A stretch of DNA of 64,000 nt from an uncultured Candidatus Saccharibacteria bacterium (GCA_964481135.1 CAYZSW010000005.1:28126-92125); one strand, 5' to 3'. Shown: positions 26,637 to 35,537, counted from the stretch's first letter. Notes: generated from the sequence alone by a model not told the origin. Translations and numbers: made by a program.

Positions 26637-28091
26637 ATGAAAAACGAAATTAAAACTAAAAGAATATTACATAATGGTAAATCTGAAGATTTAACTTTAA
26701 AAAATCTTGAAAAAATTAATATTTTATTTGGAAAAAATGGTTCAGGAAAAAGTAGTTTTCTAAGAAATTTATATCAAAATAATGACAGTGAATTTCATTT
26801 AGTAATACCGGAAAGAGGTGGAAATATACAACATAATTCAGGTATAGCTGATCAGGAATTTAATCCTAATGAAAGAAAAAATGTAAGAAAACATAATTCT
26901 GATAATAGCTATAGAGAAAGAGCTATATCGCGAACATCGATTATACCAAGTAGCATCGGCCGTAAATTAATGGGCGGCGAAACACCTTTTAAACTAGATA
27001 ATTCTGAAATTATAGAATTATTTAGCATATTATTGCCAGAATTTAAAATTTCTTTTTCGAATCAATCACCATACCATCTAGAGATTCATAAAAACTATGA
27101 TAATAATGAATTAAAAGTAAATAATGTAGATGAATTATCTTCTGGACAAGCAGAAACAATATCTTTAGCCGCTGATATAATTACACAGGGTGTTATATGG
27201 AACAATCAAGATAAAACATTATTAATTGATGAGCCTGATGCTCATTTACATTTAGATTTACAAAACAGATTTTCAATTTTTATATCAGAAATTTCAAAAA
27301 GATTTAATATTCAAATAATTATTGCAACACATAGTCCTGCATTAATTGCTAGTTTATTAAGTTTATCTGATGATATTGGAATATTTTGTCTAGATTTATT
27401 TTCAGAAGAAATTAACGCAGTTAAAAAATCTAATCAAACAATATTTAGTAATCTTTTAAATATTGATTTAGGATTATCTGTTTTGTTAAAAAGGAAAATA
27501 ATAATTTTAGAAGGTAATGATGATTATTTAGTTTGGAATCAAGCTTGCAGATGCCCTAAATTTGATGATATTGCAATAATTCAAGCAAATGGTGATGATA
27601 TTATGCGATATAAAAGAAATGCAGAAAAAATTATTTTATCTGTTTTAGATATAGATAAGCAAGTTGGAATTACCATGAGAGATAAAGACAATAATTCTGG
27701 AAAAAATAATGATAATTCTACTATTTTGCCATTAAAACGTCTTCAGTGTTATAGTTTGGAAAATTTATTTTTAACAAAAGAGGTATTAAATAGTATTAAA
27801 CCAAATATTGATTTTGTATCAGAAATGAATAAATTAAAGATAAAATTAAATAAAAAAGAAAAAAGTGAGTTAGATAATATTATTAATGACAAAAAGGTAA
27901 CAAAAATATCTAAAGAGCTATTAATTAAAATTCATCATAAAATTGACGAACATTATAGTTCAAGAGATTGGCGAATAATTTTAGGAAAATACTTAGGGAA
28001 CAATAAGCCCACAGGAGAGATTTTAGACTTTATTGGAAAAGATATAGTTAACTATATTTGGGATAAAAAAATGACCATACAATCTGAATAG
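26637..28091 (+). CDS. OLD-family ABC-ATPase/Toprim nuclease (class 1 OLD / GajA-like)
   Basis: Walker A FGKNGSGKSSFL; Walker B LLIDEPDAHLH; H-loop ATHSP; Toprim start IIILEGNDDYLV and ANGDD. Confidence 0.72.
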   Translation: MKNEIKTKRILHNGKSEDLTLKNLEKINILFGKNGSGKSSFLRNLYQNNDSEFHLVIPERGGNIQHNSGIADQEFNPNERKNVRKHNSDNSYRERAISRTSIIPSSIGRKLMGGETPFKLDNSEIIELFSILLPEFKISFSNQSPYHLEIHKNYDNNELKVNNVDELSSGQAETISLAADIITQGVIWNNQDKTLLIDEPDAHLHLDLQNRFSIFISEISKRFNIQIIIATHSPALIASLLSLSDDIGIFCLDLFSEEINAVKKSNQTIFSNLLNIDLGLSVLLKRKIIILEGNDDYLVWNQACRCPKFDDIAIIQANGDDIMRYKRNAEKIILSVLDIDKQVGITMRDKDNNSGKNNDNSTILPLKRLQCYSLENLFLTKEVLNSIKPNIDFVSEMNKLKIKLNKKEKSELDNIINDKKVTKISKELLIKIHHKIDEHYSSRDWRIILGKYLGNNKPTGEILDFIGKDIVNYIWDKKMTIQSE

Positions 28092-28248
28092 AAATTAAAA
28101 TAAGGAATCCATAAGGGACGGTTCTGGTTCGATTAGATTTATCATGAGTAATGTCAAAGTACTCACCACCGACTTCCCACACCTTACCGCCCTTTTCATT
28201 ATTTATAAATTCAACTACACCCCACACACCCCACCGACCTACACACCT

Positions 28249-28322
28249 CACCGACCTCGTAGGTCAGAGTAAATTTTACAGGTTCAAGACCTACTCCAAC
28301 CTACGAGGTCAGAGTAAATTGG
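28249..28322 (+). repeat. REP-like palindromic element, copy a (preceded by degenerate caccgac arms from ~28218)
   Basis: caccgacctcgtaggtcagagtaaattttacaggttcaagacctactccaacctacgaggtcagagtaaattgg. Confidence 0.7.
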
Positions 28323-28382
28323 CATCAAAACTAAAATATATCCGGTTGTTAGTATTCAATACGCGTATGGTATAATTAAGAT

Positions 28383-28730
28383 ATGATTCCGTATAAAACA
28401 AAATCTCAAGAAATTCCCGGTACAAATTTAGGAGAAACATACAGAAGTGCTTATTTTAAAAAAGAAAAGATATTTTTTGATTTTTTCTGGAATCATCTAA
28501 AACAAAAATCTCCTAAAGAAAGATTTAAAAGATTAAAATTATTTAAATCTGCAATAGAAGTAATTAAAAATTCTAGAAATAAACCAGAAACTAAGACTAA
28601 TCCAAATAAGAAAACTGAAATATTTTATAGGTTTGCTGGTCTTACTAAAAGTCAGTTATTTATTGTTCAAATTAAAGAAAATAAAAGAAGTAAAAATAAA
28701 TATTTAATGTCTTGTTTTTCTATAAAATAA
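28383..28730 (+). CDS. hypothetical basic protein (115 aa) embedded between REP copies
   Basis: ORF MIPYKTKSQEIPGTNLGETYRSAYFKK...; Lys-rich; no motif. Confidence 0.4.
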   Translation: MIPYKTKSQEIPGTNLGETYRSAYFKKEKIFFDFFWNHLKQKSPKERFKRLKLFKSAIEVIKNSRNKPETKTNPNKKTEIFYRFAGLTKSQLFIVQIKENKRSKNKYLMSCFSIK

Positions 28731-28829
28731 AAAGATCTCCGCCTAAGTGGAGTATGGAAACTCATGGCCGAGAACTTTTCTATAATAATTATTACAAAGA
28801 TTATATTTTTTGTCAATGTTGAAAACTTA

Positions 28830-28906
28830 CACCACGCCGACCTCGTAGGTCAGAGTAAATTTTACAGGTTCAACATCTACTCCGACCTACGAGGTCAAAG
28901 TTAACC
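28830..28906 (+). repeat. REP-like palindromic element, copy b
   Basis: caccacgccgacctcgtaggtcagagtaaattttacaggttcaacatctactccgacctacgaggtcaaagttaacc. Confidence 0.7.
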
Positions 28907-29575
28907 GGCATAATTTTCAATAATTAAACTTTTTATTGCAGACAGCTGTCTTTGATAATCAATTCTATTATTTACAAATTCTTTATACTTTTTTGGATCA
29001 ATCTCTAATATATTTTTATAATTGCATATTTTAGATGCTGTTTTTTCTAGGTATTCTTTATACGAGCTAAATTGCCAATCAAAAGGATTACTTACTACAT
29101 TAGCAGAAACCGGATTAAGATGAATATACCTAGTCAGATGTAATAGTTGTTCATCGTCTTGAACTCTGACGCTTTTAAATCGGCTAGACCAAAGTGGTCC
29201 AGATCGATGATGTTTTGTGTTAAAATATTTTGAGTAGCTATTAGAAATTTTTGCGATATATTTAATAATTCCTAGATTTTTATTTTGTCGGATTATTAGA
29301 TGAAAATGAGTCGGCATGATGCAATAGGCAACTATATCAACCAATGTTTTGTTTTCAATACGCAATTTTTCCAATTCAATAAATTGATTTTTATCACTTA
29401 ATTTTTTGAAATGTGAAAATTGATAATTAAAGTTTTTAAATCTTAATATGTCAATGAGTTCAATCATTCTTTGACATTCTTCACTGGAACTAAATATCAC
29501 AAAACCCGCAATACTGCGATTGTAAATATGATAACACTCTCCATTTACAAGCTCATCTTTTCTATACTGCACCAT
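28901..29575 (-). CDS. IS200/IS605-like Y1 (HUH) transposase / RAYT, copy 2
   Basis: MVQYRKDELVNGECYHIYNR...YCIMPTHFHLII...GPLWSSRFKSVRV...LTRYIHLNPV; ~60% identical to copy 1. Confidence 0.72.
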   Translation of the reverse strand: MVQYRKDELVNGECYHIYNRSIAGFVIFSSSEECQRMIELIDILRFKNFNYQFSHFKKLSDKNQFIELEKLRIENKTLVDIVAYCIMPTHFHLIIRQNKNLGIIKYIAKISNSYSKYFNTKHHRSGPLWSSRFKSVRVQDDEQLLHLTRYIHLNPVSANVVSNPFDWQFSSYKEYLEKTASKICNYKNILEIDPKKYKEFVNNRIDYQRQLSAIKSLIIENYAG

Positions 29576-29592
29576 ACTCCAATTATATCATA

Positions 29593-29671
29593 CACCACAC
29601 CGACCTCGTAGGTCAGAGTAATTTTTACAGGTTCAAGACCTACTCCGACCTACGAGGTCAGAGTAAATTGG
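29593..29671 (+). repeat. REP-like palindromic element, copy c
   Basis: caccacaccgacctcgtaggtcagagtaatttttacaggttcaagacctactccgacctacgaggtcagagtaaattgg. Confidence 0.7.
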
Positions 29672-29730
29672 TTAAAATAATAAATATGATATAATATAAA
29701 TATAATATTAGTATTAATAAAAGGAGGAAT

Positions 29731-29928
29731 ATGAAAGCTCTAAAATGGATTGCCTTGATTTTGATAATCGTAGGTGGTCTTAACTGGGGTTTAGTTGGAC
29801 TCTTTAATTTTGATCTAGTTGCAACAATTTTTGGAGACATGTCTACACTTTCAAGAATTGTTTATAGTTTAGTTGGTTTAAGTGCAATTTATATTGCATT
29901 TGTAAGTCCAAGCATGATGAAGGACTAA
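29731..29928 (+). CDS. DUF378-like small membrane protein
   Basis: AGGAGG SD; MKALKWIALILIIVGGLNWGLVGLFNFDLVATIFG... two TM helices. Confidence 0.65.
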   Translation: MKALKWIALILIIVGGLNWGLVGLFNFDLVATIFGDMSTLSRIVYSLVGLSAIYIAFVSPSMMKD

Positions 29929-29945
29929 TTTAATAAAACTATTTA

Positions 29946-29986
29946 AAAACACCCTATGTATTATGGGGTGTTTTTTTAAATTAAAC
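29946..29986 (+). terminator. rho-independent terminator
   Basis: aacaccc-tatgtattatg-gggtgtt followed by TTTTTTT. Confidence 0.6.
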
Positions 29987-29999
29987 AAATAAAAATAAA

Positions 30000-30986
30000 G
30001 TGCAAAAAACAGTAAATAATATTTGTGATATAATAAAATCAAATATTAAACATTTAGGATTTTTTATGTCGGAAATTAAAAAATATAATCCAGAAAATAA
30101 TCAAATCAAGCAAGATGATAAAAATTTAGGCAAAAATAAAATTACTAGAAGAGAATTTTTGAAAAAATCAGGTCTTGCTCTTTTAGGATTAACTTTGTTT
30201 GGTACTAAAGCTTTAGGAAAAGCCGAGAAACAGCCAGATAAGAAATTATCAGATCAGCCAGAAGCTAAACTAGAGCCAGAAAAGCCCAAAGTTGAAGAAA
30301 AAGAAAACAAACTAGAAATTGATGAAAACTATAAAGATAAGATTGATGAGAAAGTTAAAAAAGAAATCAATAATATTTTTAAAACAAATAATTTTGATGA
30401 TTTAATAAAAATATGTGAAAAAGTACAAGGATATTCTGAATCAGTAAAAAAATATGCAAAAGAATATAATGTAGACGAAAGATATCTTTATGCCATAATT
30501 TTTGTTGAATCCAAGGGCGACCCTTCTGCTTACAATGAAAATTCCGGAGCATTTGGTTTGTGTCAGTTTACTCAAGACACAGCACAGCAATTTAATCTTT
30601 CCGACAGAGGAAATGAAGATGATTCAATAAGAGCAACAGCCAAATATTTGCAGTATTATAAAAATTTTATTGGTCGAGATGATTTGAATATTACTTCGTT
30701 TAATATTGGCTACGGTAGATTGCAAGAATTACTGGAGAAATTTACCGATAAAAAAATTCAACAATTTCCTAAAGAATTAGTAATTTCAGAAGAACTGTCT
30801 TATCCAAAAATTTATTTTGAGGCAACCAAAGAAGCTCACCCAAACACTAATTTATATATGAATAAAGAGCTTGGTGAAGAGGGAAAGAATTATTATTTTA
30901 AAATATTAGCAGCAATAGAAGTGTTAAAAATGCATCGCAAAGATCCTGAAAATTTCAAAAGATTAAGCCAAGAAAATTTTAAGTAG
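30000..30986 (+). CDS. lytic transglycosylase (SLT domain) with twin-arginine signal peptide
   Basis: TRREFLKKSGLALLGL Tat motif; ESKGDPSAYNENSGAFGLCQFTQDTA SLT catalytic region; alternative ATG start at 30066. Confidence 0.7.
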   Translation: MQKTVNNICDIIKSNIKHLGFFMSEIKKYNPENNQIKQDDKNLGKNKITRREFLKKSGLALLGLTLFGTKALGKAEKQPDKKLSDQPEAKLEPEKPKVEEKENKLEIDENYKDKIDEKVKKEINNIFKTNNFDDLIKICEKVQGYSESVKKYAKEYNVDERYLYAIIFVESKGDPSAYNENSGAFGLCQFTQDTAQQFNLSDRGNEDDSIRATAKYLQYYKNFIGRDDLNITSFNIGYGRLQELLEKFTDKKIQQFPKELVISEELSYPKIYFEATKEAHPNTNLYMNKELGEEGKNYYFKILAAIEVLKMHRKDPENFKRLSQENFK

Positions 30987-31019
30987 GTATTTAAGAACTA
31001 ATTAGTATCAAAAGTAAAT

Positions 31020-31817
31020 CTAGTTTTTAGTAGTAGAGGGCTTTTTTACTAAGAAATAAATAGTGGTTATTAAGAATAGCCCTAAACAAATATAAAGAGT
31101 ATAAATAATAAGTGAATATTGGTTGTTAAAACCATTTAAAGAAGTGTGTTTTGAAAGTATGCCATAGTACGCCCAAATAAAAACTAAAATATAAGCAATT
31201 TTTTTATCATAAAAAGTTCTAGCTATGCCAACAAAGGTAGCAACCAGTAAGATAATACTTGTCCAAACATAATCTGCTACACCAAATCCATTCCAGCCGG
31301 TGCTTACCAAAAATACAGTAATATTGGCAACTGTTGCTACTGTGATCCAGCCAAAATAAATACTAAAAGGGACAGAAAGAAATAAGTTTTTCATAAATTC
31401 AAGTTTTTGATCTCGCATAATGTTAGCAATTTTAATCAAGCAATATAAAATACCAAGCATTAAAATTACACTTAAAAATATTTGCTCATAATGCCAAGCA
31501 AATATCCAAGTAGCGTTAATAAGCGAAGAAGCGATATAGTACGGACTTATTTTTTTAATAATTTCTTCATCTTTGCCTTTTAGAAAAAATTGATAAATTG
31601 TGTAGATAAAAAGAAGTAAATAAATTAATCCCCAAATAGAAAAAGTAAACCCAGCCGGAGCAAAGAGATTTGGATAACTATCAGATATTTGACCAGTAGT
31701 AATATTGTTTATTGGCAAAATATTGGCAAGTGCATTTGCCACGATCATCACCAAAAACGATACTAGTGCTAAAATTTTTAGATAAATTGTTTTCATGGTT
31801 CTATTATAACACGGCAA
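31020..31817 (-). CDS. polytopic integral membrane protein (Trp-rich; TspO-related?)
   Basis: ~8 predicted TM helices; N-terminus ANALANILPINNITTGQISDSYPNLFAPAGFTFSIWGLIYLLLF. Confidence 0.55.
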   Translation of the reverse strand: MPCYNRTMKTIYLKILALVSFLVMIVANALANILPINNITTGQISDSYPNLFAPAGFTFSIWGLIYLLLFIYTIYQFFLKGKDEEIIKKISPYYIASSLINATWIFAWHYEQIFLSVILMLGILYCLIKIANIMRDQKLEFMKNLFLSVPFSIYFGWITVATVANITVFLVSTGWNGFGVADYVWTSIILLVATFVGIARTFYDKKIAYILVFIWAYYGILSKHTSLNGFNNQYSLIIYTLYICLGLFLITTIYFLVKKPSTTKN

Positions 31818-31898
31818 TATTAATCGGCAAAATAAAAAACTTACATTATTTAATAATTTATATTATAATATATAGTAAGATTCATTAATTAAAAAAAT

Positions 31899-32567
31899 AT
31901 GTTGCACGGACAATTTACATTACCTTTTGCCTATGAGTTAACAGCTGTTTTTTTATTGGCTATAACAGGCGCAATGGTAGCTATAGAAAAGGACTATGAT
32001 TTTTCTGGAGTTTTAATTTTGGCTTTTATTGCTGGTGCGAGCGGGGCCATTATTCGTGATGGAATATTTTTAAATAAAGTACCAATAATGGTAGAAAAAT
32101 GGCAGTACTTAGCTGCCATTTTAGCAGGTGCTGTAATTACAGCTTTATTTATTGGCTTAATTAAAAAATTTAATACTGTTTTTGTATTAATAGATGCGCT
32201 AGGTTTAGGAATTTTTGGAATTATTGCAGCACAACTTGCCCTAATGCAAGATTTAAATGTGTTGTCAGCGGTTTTAATTGGTATTGTTGGTGCTACTACA
32301 GGTGGGCTTTTACGCGACTTAATAACTACCAATGAGCCGCTACTTTTAAAACCAGGACAATATTATTTTTCAGCGGCTTTAATTGGAATTATTGCCTTTA
32401 TTGCCCTGGCAGTCTATGCAGATGTTAATGCTCAAATAGCTGCTATCATCGGTATTTTTATAGTATTTGTTTTAAGAGTTTTGTCATTTGCTTTAAATTG
32501 GCAATCATTTCCTGCAGTTAATATTTCCAAAACTTTAAAATTAAATAAAGACAAAGAAAATAAATAA
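31899..32567 (+). CDS. trimeric intracellular cation channel / UPF0126 (YicG-like) membrane protein
   Basis: two glycine-rich repeats AITGAMVAIEKDYDFSGVL... and GIVGATTGGLLRDL. Confidence 0.65.
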   Translation: MLHGQFTLPFAYELTAVFLLAITGAMVAIEKDYDFSGVLILAFIAGASGAIIRDGIFLNKVPIMVEKWQYLAAILAGAVITALFIGLIKKFNTVFVLIDALGLGIFGIIAAQLALMQDLNVLSAVLIGIVGATTGGLLRDLITTNEPLLLKPGQYYFSAALIGIIAFIALAVYADVNAQIAAIIGIFIVFVLRVLSFALNWQSFPAVNISKTLKLNKDKENK

Positions 32568-32600
32568 CTTAAAATTATCTAGAATGATTTTTTAGAAATT

Positions 32601-33269
32601 CTATTTTAAGAATTCTTTGAAAAAGTATAAAGCAAAAAGCATAAATACTACGCCAACAATATATTTTCCATATTTAGTAAAAAATGTATTAATTGGTGTA
32701 AGTATTGTTTGAGCTTTAGTTGGAAAAATCAGATAAATAATAAGCGGAACGCTAACTGGAACAGAAAAACACAATATTCCGAAAATTGCTAGCAGTATTG
32801 CAGTAGGAATATTTAAGCTAGATAAAGGAATTTCTTTAGATGCTGCAAATAAAGCAACTATTGAGTTTAAATTTACTAAATTTATCATAAAACCAATTTT
32901 CAAAAACTTTCTTGAATCTAAAGATTCAAGATTGGATATATTATTTTTAGTATTTGCTTTGCCAAAAAGTGTCTTAAGTCCTAAAAATATAAATATAATT
33001 ATTAGTAATACATCAATAATTTTTCCGAATTCCTGATGAATGTTGGGTGGTCCTATTCTTTTTCCAATAATAAGTCCAAGTAGAATAACAATTATTGCAA
33101 CTAATACAGAACCAATCATAAAATAAAAAGCATTTTTTGATGCATTTTTCTTTTGGCTTAAAATTATAAGTGCGATACTAAAAATTACCGGGCTAATAAT
33201 AGCTGCTATTTGCAAGGTCAAAATTTTTACAATTTCTGTATTCATACAAATATTATACAATAAAAACAC
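32601..33269 (-). CDS. integral membrane protein (hypothetical)
   Basis: ~6 TM helices; no motif recognised. Confidence 0.5.
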   Translation of the reverse strand: MFLLYNICMNTEIVKILTLQIAAIISPVIFSIALIILSQKKNASKNAFYFMIGSVLVAIIVILLGLIIGKRIGPPNIHQEFGKIIDVLLIIIFIFLGLKTLFGKANTKNNISNLESLDSRKFLKIGFMINLVNLNSIVALFAASKEIPLSSLNIPTAILLAIFGILCFSVPVSVPLIIYLIFPTKAQTILTPINTFFTKYGKYIVGVVFMLFALYFFKEFLK

Positions 33270-33477
33270 AATTTAATAAATTTTCCAATTATAAAAATAA
33301 ATGATATAATGTATATAACAATTAAAGGAGGGTAGTGAAAAAATTTTTATATAATTTACTTATGAGATATGCAACAAATTTTGCATTTTTTGTATTTGTT
33401 CAAATATCTTTTTTTAGAAATATTAATATTAATGTCATTAAATGTGATTATTTTAGATAACAAGAGGAAAGGTCTTT

Positions 33478-34149
33478 ATGCAAAAAGGAAATGTTTGGAT
33501 TATTGTAGGTATTGTAGTGATTATTTTAGGAGCTGGTTTAGTTACTTGGAATATGAATAAAAATTCAAAAACTAGTCAGCCACAAGATGATTTAGTTGAA
33601 ATTACAGATATCACAATGTACGATTGTAAAGATAATAAAAATATCCATGCCACATATTATTTAGACAAAGTAGATCTAAGATTAAGCGACGGGCGAACCA
33701 TAACTTTATCAAAAGCAATTTCTGCAAATTATCAAAGATATGTTAACGAGGATGAAACAATTACTTTTTGGGACAAAATTGACACAGTTAATCTTATTGA
33801 ATCAGATAAAGAAACATATGTTGATTGTGTTGAAACTTTATTAAGTAGTAATACCAAATTAGAAATGAAAGTTTATGATAAAGTAGATGAAAAAACAAAC
33901 AGTATTTGGGATAAAAAAGTTACTATTAACGAAACATATCAAGACAATAAGGCAGCAAAAGGTAAGTGGTGGGCAAATGATGCTTGGGACTGGATTGCTT
34001 GGAAACAAGGCGGCGAATGGATAGTACTTGTAAGCATGGATGGATTTGATTGTAATGAGCTAAAGCAAATTCCCGAAGAATATAATGAATTTTTTAAGAA
34101 TACTATTTACGATACAAGTGGAAACTTAATTTGTTACGATGATAAATAA
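33478..34149 (+). CDS. MliC-like lysozyme-inhibitor domain protein, paralog 1 (signal-anchored)
   Basis: N-terminal TM; ...DCKDNKNIHATYYLDKVDLRLSDGRTITLSKAISANYQRYVNEDETITFWDK...C MliC pattern. Confidence 0.6.
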   Translation: MQKGNVWIIVGIVVIILGAGLVTWNMNKNSKTSQPQDDLVEITDITMYDCKDNKNIHATYYLDKVDLRLSDGRTITLSKAISANYQRYVNEDETITFWDKIDTVNLIESDKETYVDCVETLLSSNTKLEMKVYDKVDEKTNSIWDKKVTINETYQDNKAAKGKWWANDAWDWIAWKQGGEWIVLVSMDGFDCNELKQIPEEYNEFFKNTIYDTSGNLICYDDK

Positions 34150-34200
34150 AAAATAAATTTAGTAATTAATTAGTGAAACTAATTAATTCTAGGAGGTTTT

Positions 34201-34557
34201 ATGCAAAAAGGAAATGTTTGGATTATTGTGCTAGTCGTGGTAGTTGTTTTAGGTGTTGGTTTACTAGTTTGGAATAATAATAAGCAACCAACAACCCAAG
34301 AAGTTGAGCCACAAGTTACTCTTACAACAGTTAAATTTACATGTGACAACGAGAAAGAAATCGATGCAACCTTTCATAGTGATAAAGTAGATTTAGTTTT
34401 AAGTGATGATCGTGTTATGACATTGCCCCAAGCAACTTCAGCTTCTGGCGCAAGATACGCAAATTCTGACGAAACAATTGTTTTTTGGAATAAAGGCGAA
34501 ACAGCGTTTGTTATGGAAAACGACAAAGAAACATTTTCAAATTGTGTAGAAAAATAA
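34201..34557 (+). CDS. MliC-like lysozyme-inhibitor domain protein, paralog 2
   Basis: same N-terminus MQKGNVWIIV; CDNEKEIDATFHSDKVDLVLSDDRVMTLPQATSASGARYANSDETIVFWNKGE...C (SASGARY motif). Confidence 0.7.
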   Translation: MQKGNVWIIVLVVVVVLGVGLLVWNNNKQPTTQEVEPQVTLTTVKFTCDNEKEIDATFHSDKVDLVLSDDRVMTLPQATSASGARYANSDETIVFWNKGETAFVMENDKETFSNCVEK

Positions 34558-34577
34558 TAATTACAAGGAGTATAATA

Positions 34578-35450
34578 ATGAATACTAATTCAGAAGATAA
34601 GCAAAATAAACCCAAATCAAACACTGCGTTAATCGTTGTACTAGTAATTATTGTTGTATTGCTAATATTTGGTATTGGAGGTTATTTCACCTGGAAATAT
34701 ATTTCGGGATTGTTAGATAATACACAAGAAACAACACAAGAAACATTAGAAGTAAAAAAACATTCACAAAAAATTAATGTTTTAGAAAATGTGCTTAGAT
34801 ACCCAAATTTTCTTGAATTGGACAAAGAAACAAACACAGATACTGGATCAAAATTAACAATGAAAATGCTTACATCAGATGATGTTAAAACTGTTTATTT
34901 ATATTACGAAGAGCTAATATTGGGAAATAATTGGTTAGAAAATGGCAAAGGTCTAGCGACTGATTTAACAGGTGGATATTTTCGAATTGAAGAAAAAGAT
35001 TTTCAAGCAGATATAAATATTAAGCAGTTATTTTCAAACACAAGCATTGAAATTTCAATTTATTTTGAGAATGATGATATAAATTTTAGTCATATAAAAC
35101 CAGATATTTCAATCAACAATACTTCCAACACTAGTATCAATGCGAAAATGCAAAATGGGTTTATTTTTTATGATTCAGATACTAGAATAATTAATGAAAA
35201 TGAGCTTTATGATTTATCTCATTGGGAACTTAAGGTTGCTAGAAACGAAATTTATGCTCGTCACGGTCGTAAATTTGTTCATAAAGATTTATCCTGCTAT
35301 TTTGCTCAACAAACATGGTATAGTATTGATACAAATTATCAGGAAGGTAATTTAAGTAAAACAGAACAAAAAAATATTGCAACAATCTTAGCATATGAAG
35401 AAAAAATTGATAGTTCTTATTTAAGACACGATAGCGGTTGTCATAATTAA
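34578..35450 (+). CDS. membrane-anchored YARHG-domain protein
   Basis: ATG 34578 after AAGGAG; TM helix; C-terminal NEIYARHGRKFVHKDLSCYFAQQTWY YARHG motif. Confidence 0.7.
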   Translation: MNTNSEDKQNKPKSNTALIVVLVIIVVLLIFGIGGYFTWKYISGLLDNTQETTQETLEVKKHSQKINVLENVLRYPNFLELDKETNTDTGSKLTMKMLTSDDVKTVYLYYEELILGNNWLENGKGLATDLTGGYFRIEEKDFQADINIKQLFSNTSIEISIYFENDDINFSHIKPDISINNTSNTSINAKMQNGFIFYDSDTRIINENELYDLSHWELKVARNEIYARHGRKFVHKDLSCYFAQQTWYSIDTNYQEGNLSKTEQKNIATILAYEEKIDSSYLRHDSGCHN

Positions 35451-35537
35451 TACTACAAGTTGCATTAAATAGTTCTGCGTGATTTATTGCTAAATAAAAA
35501 ACCACCAATATTTTTGGTGGTTTTTGAAAATTAAAAT

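Larger units (their letters stand above)
28830..29671 (-). mobile_element. REP-RAYT-REP unit (REPtron-like)
   Basis: RAYT gene immediately flanked on both sides by same-orientation REP copies. Confidence 0.55.

Noticed and set aside
28151-28375. 74-aa ORF (MSKYSPPTSHTLPP...)
   Set aside because: It is a Pro/Thr/His-rich translation of the degenerate REP arms (caccgac repeats) and has no SD. It is an artefact of reading through repeats.
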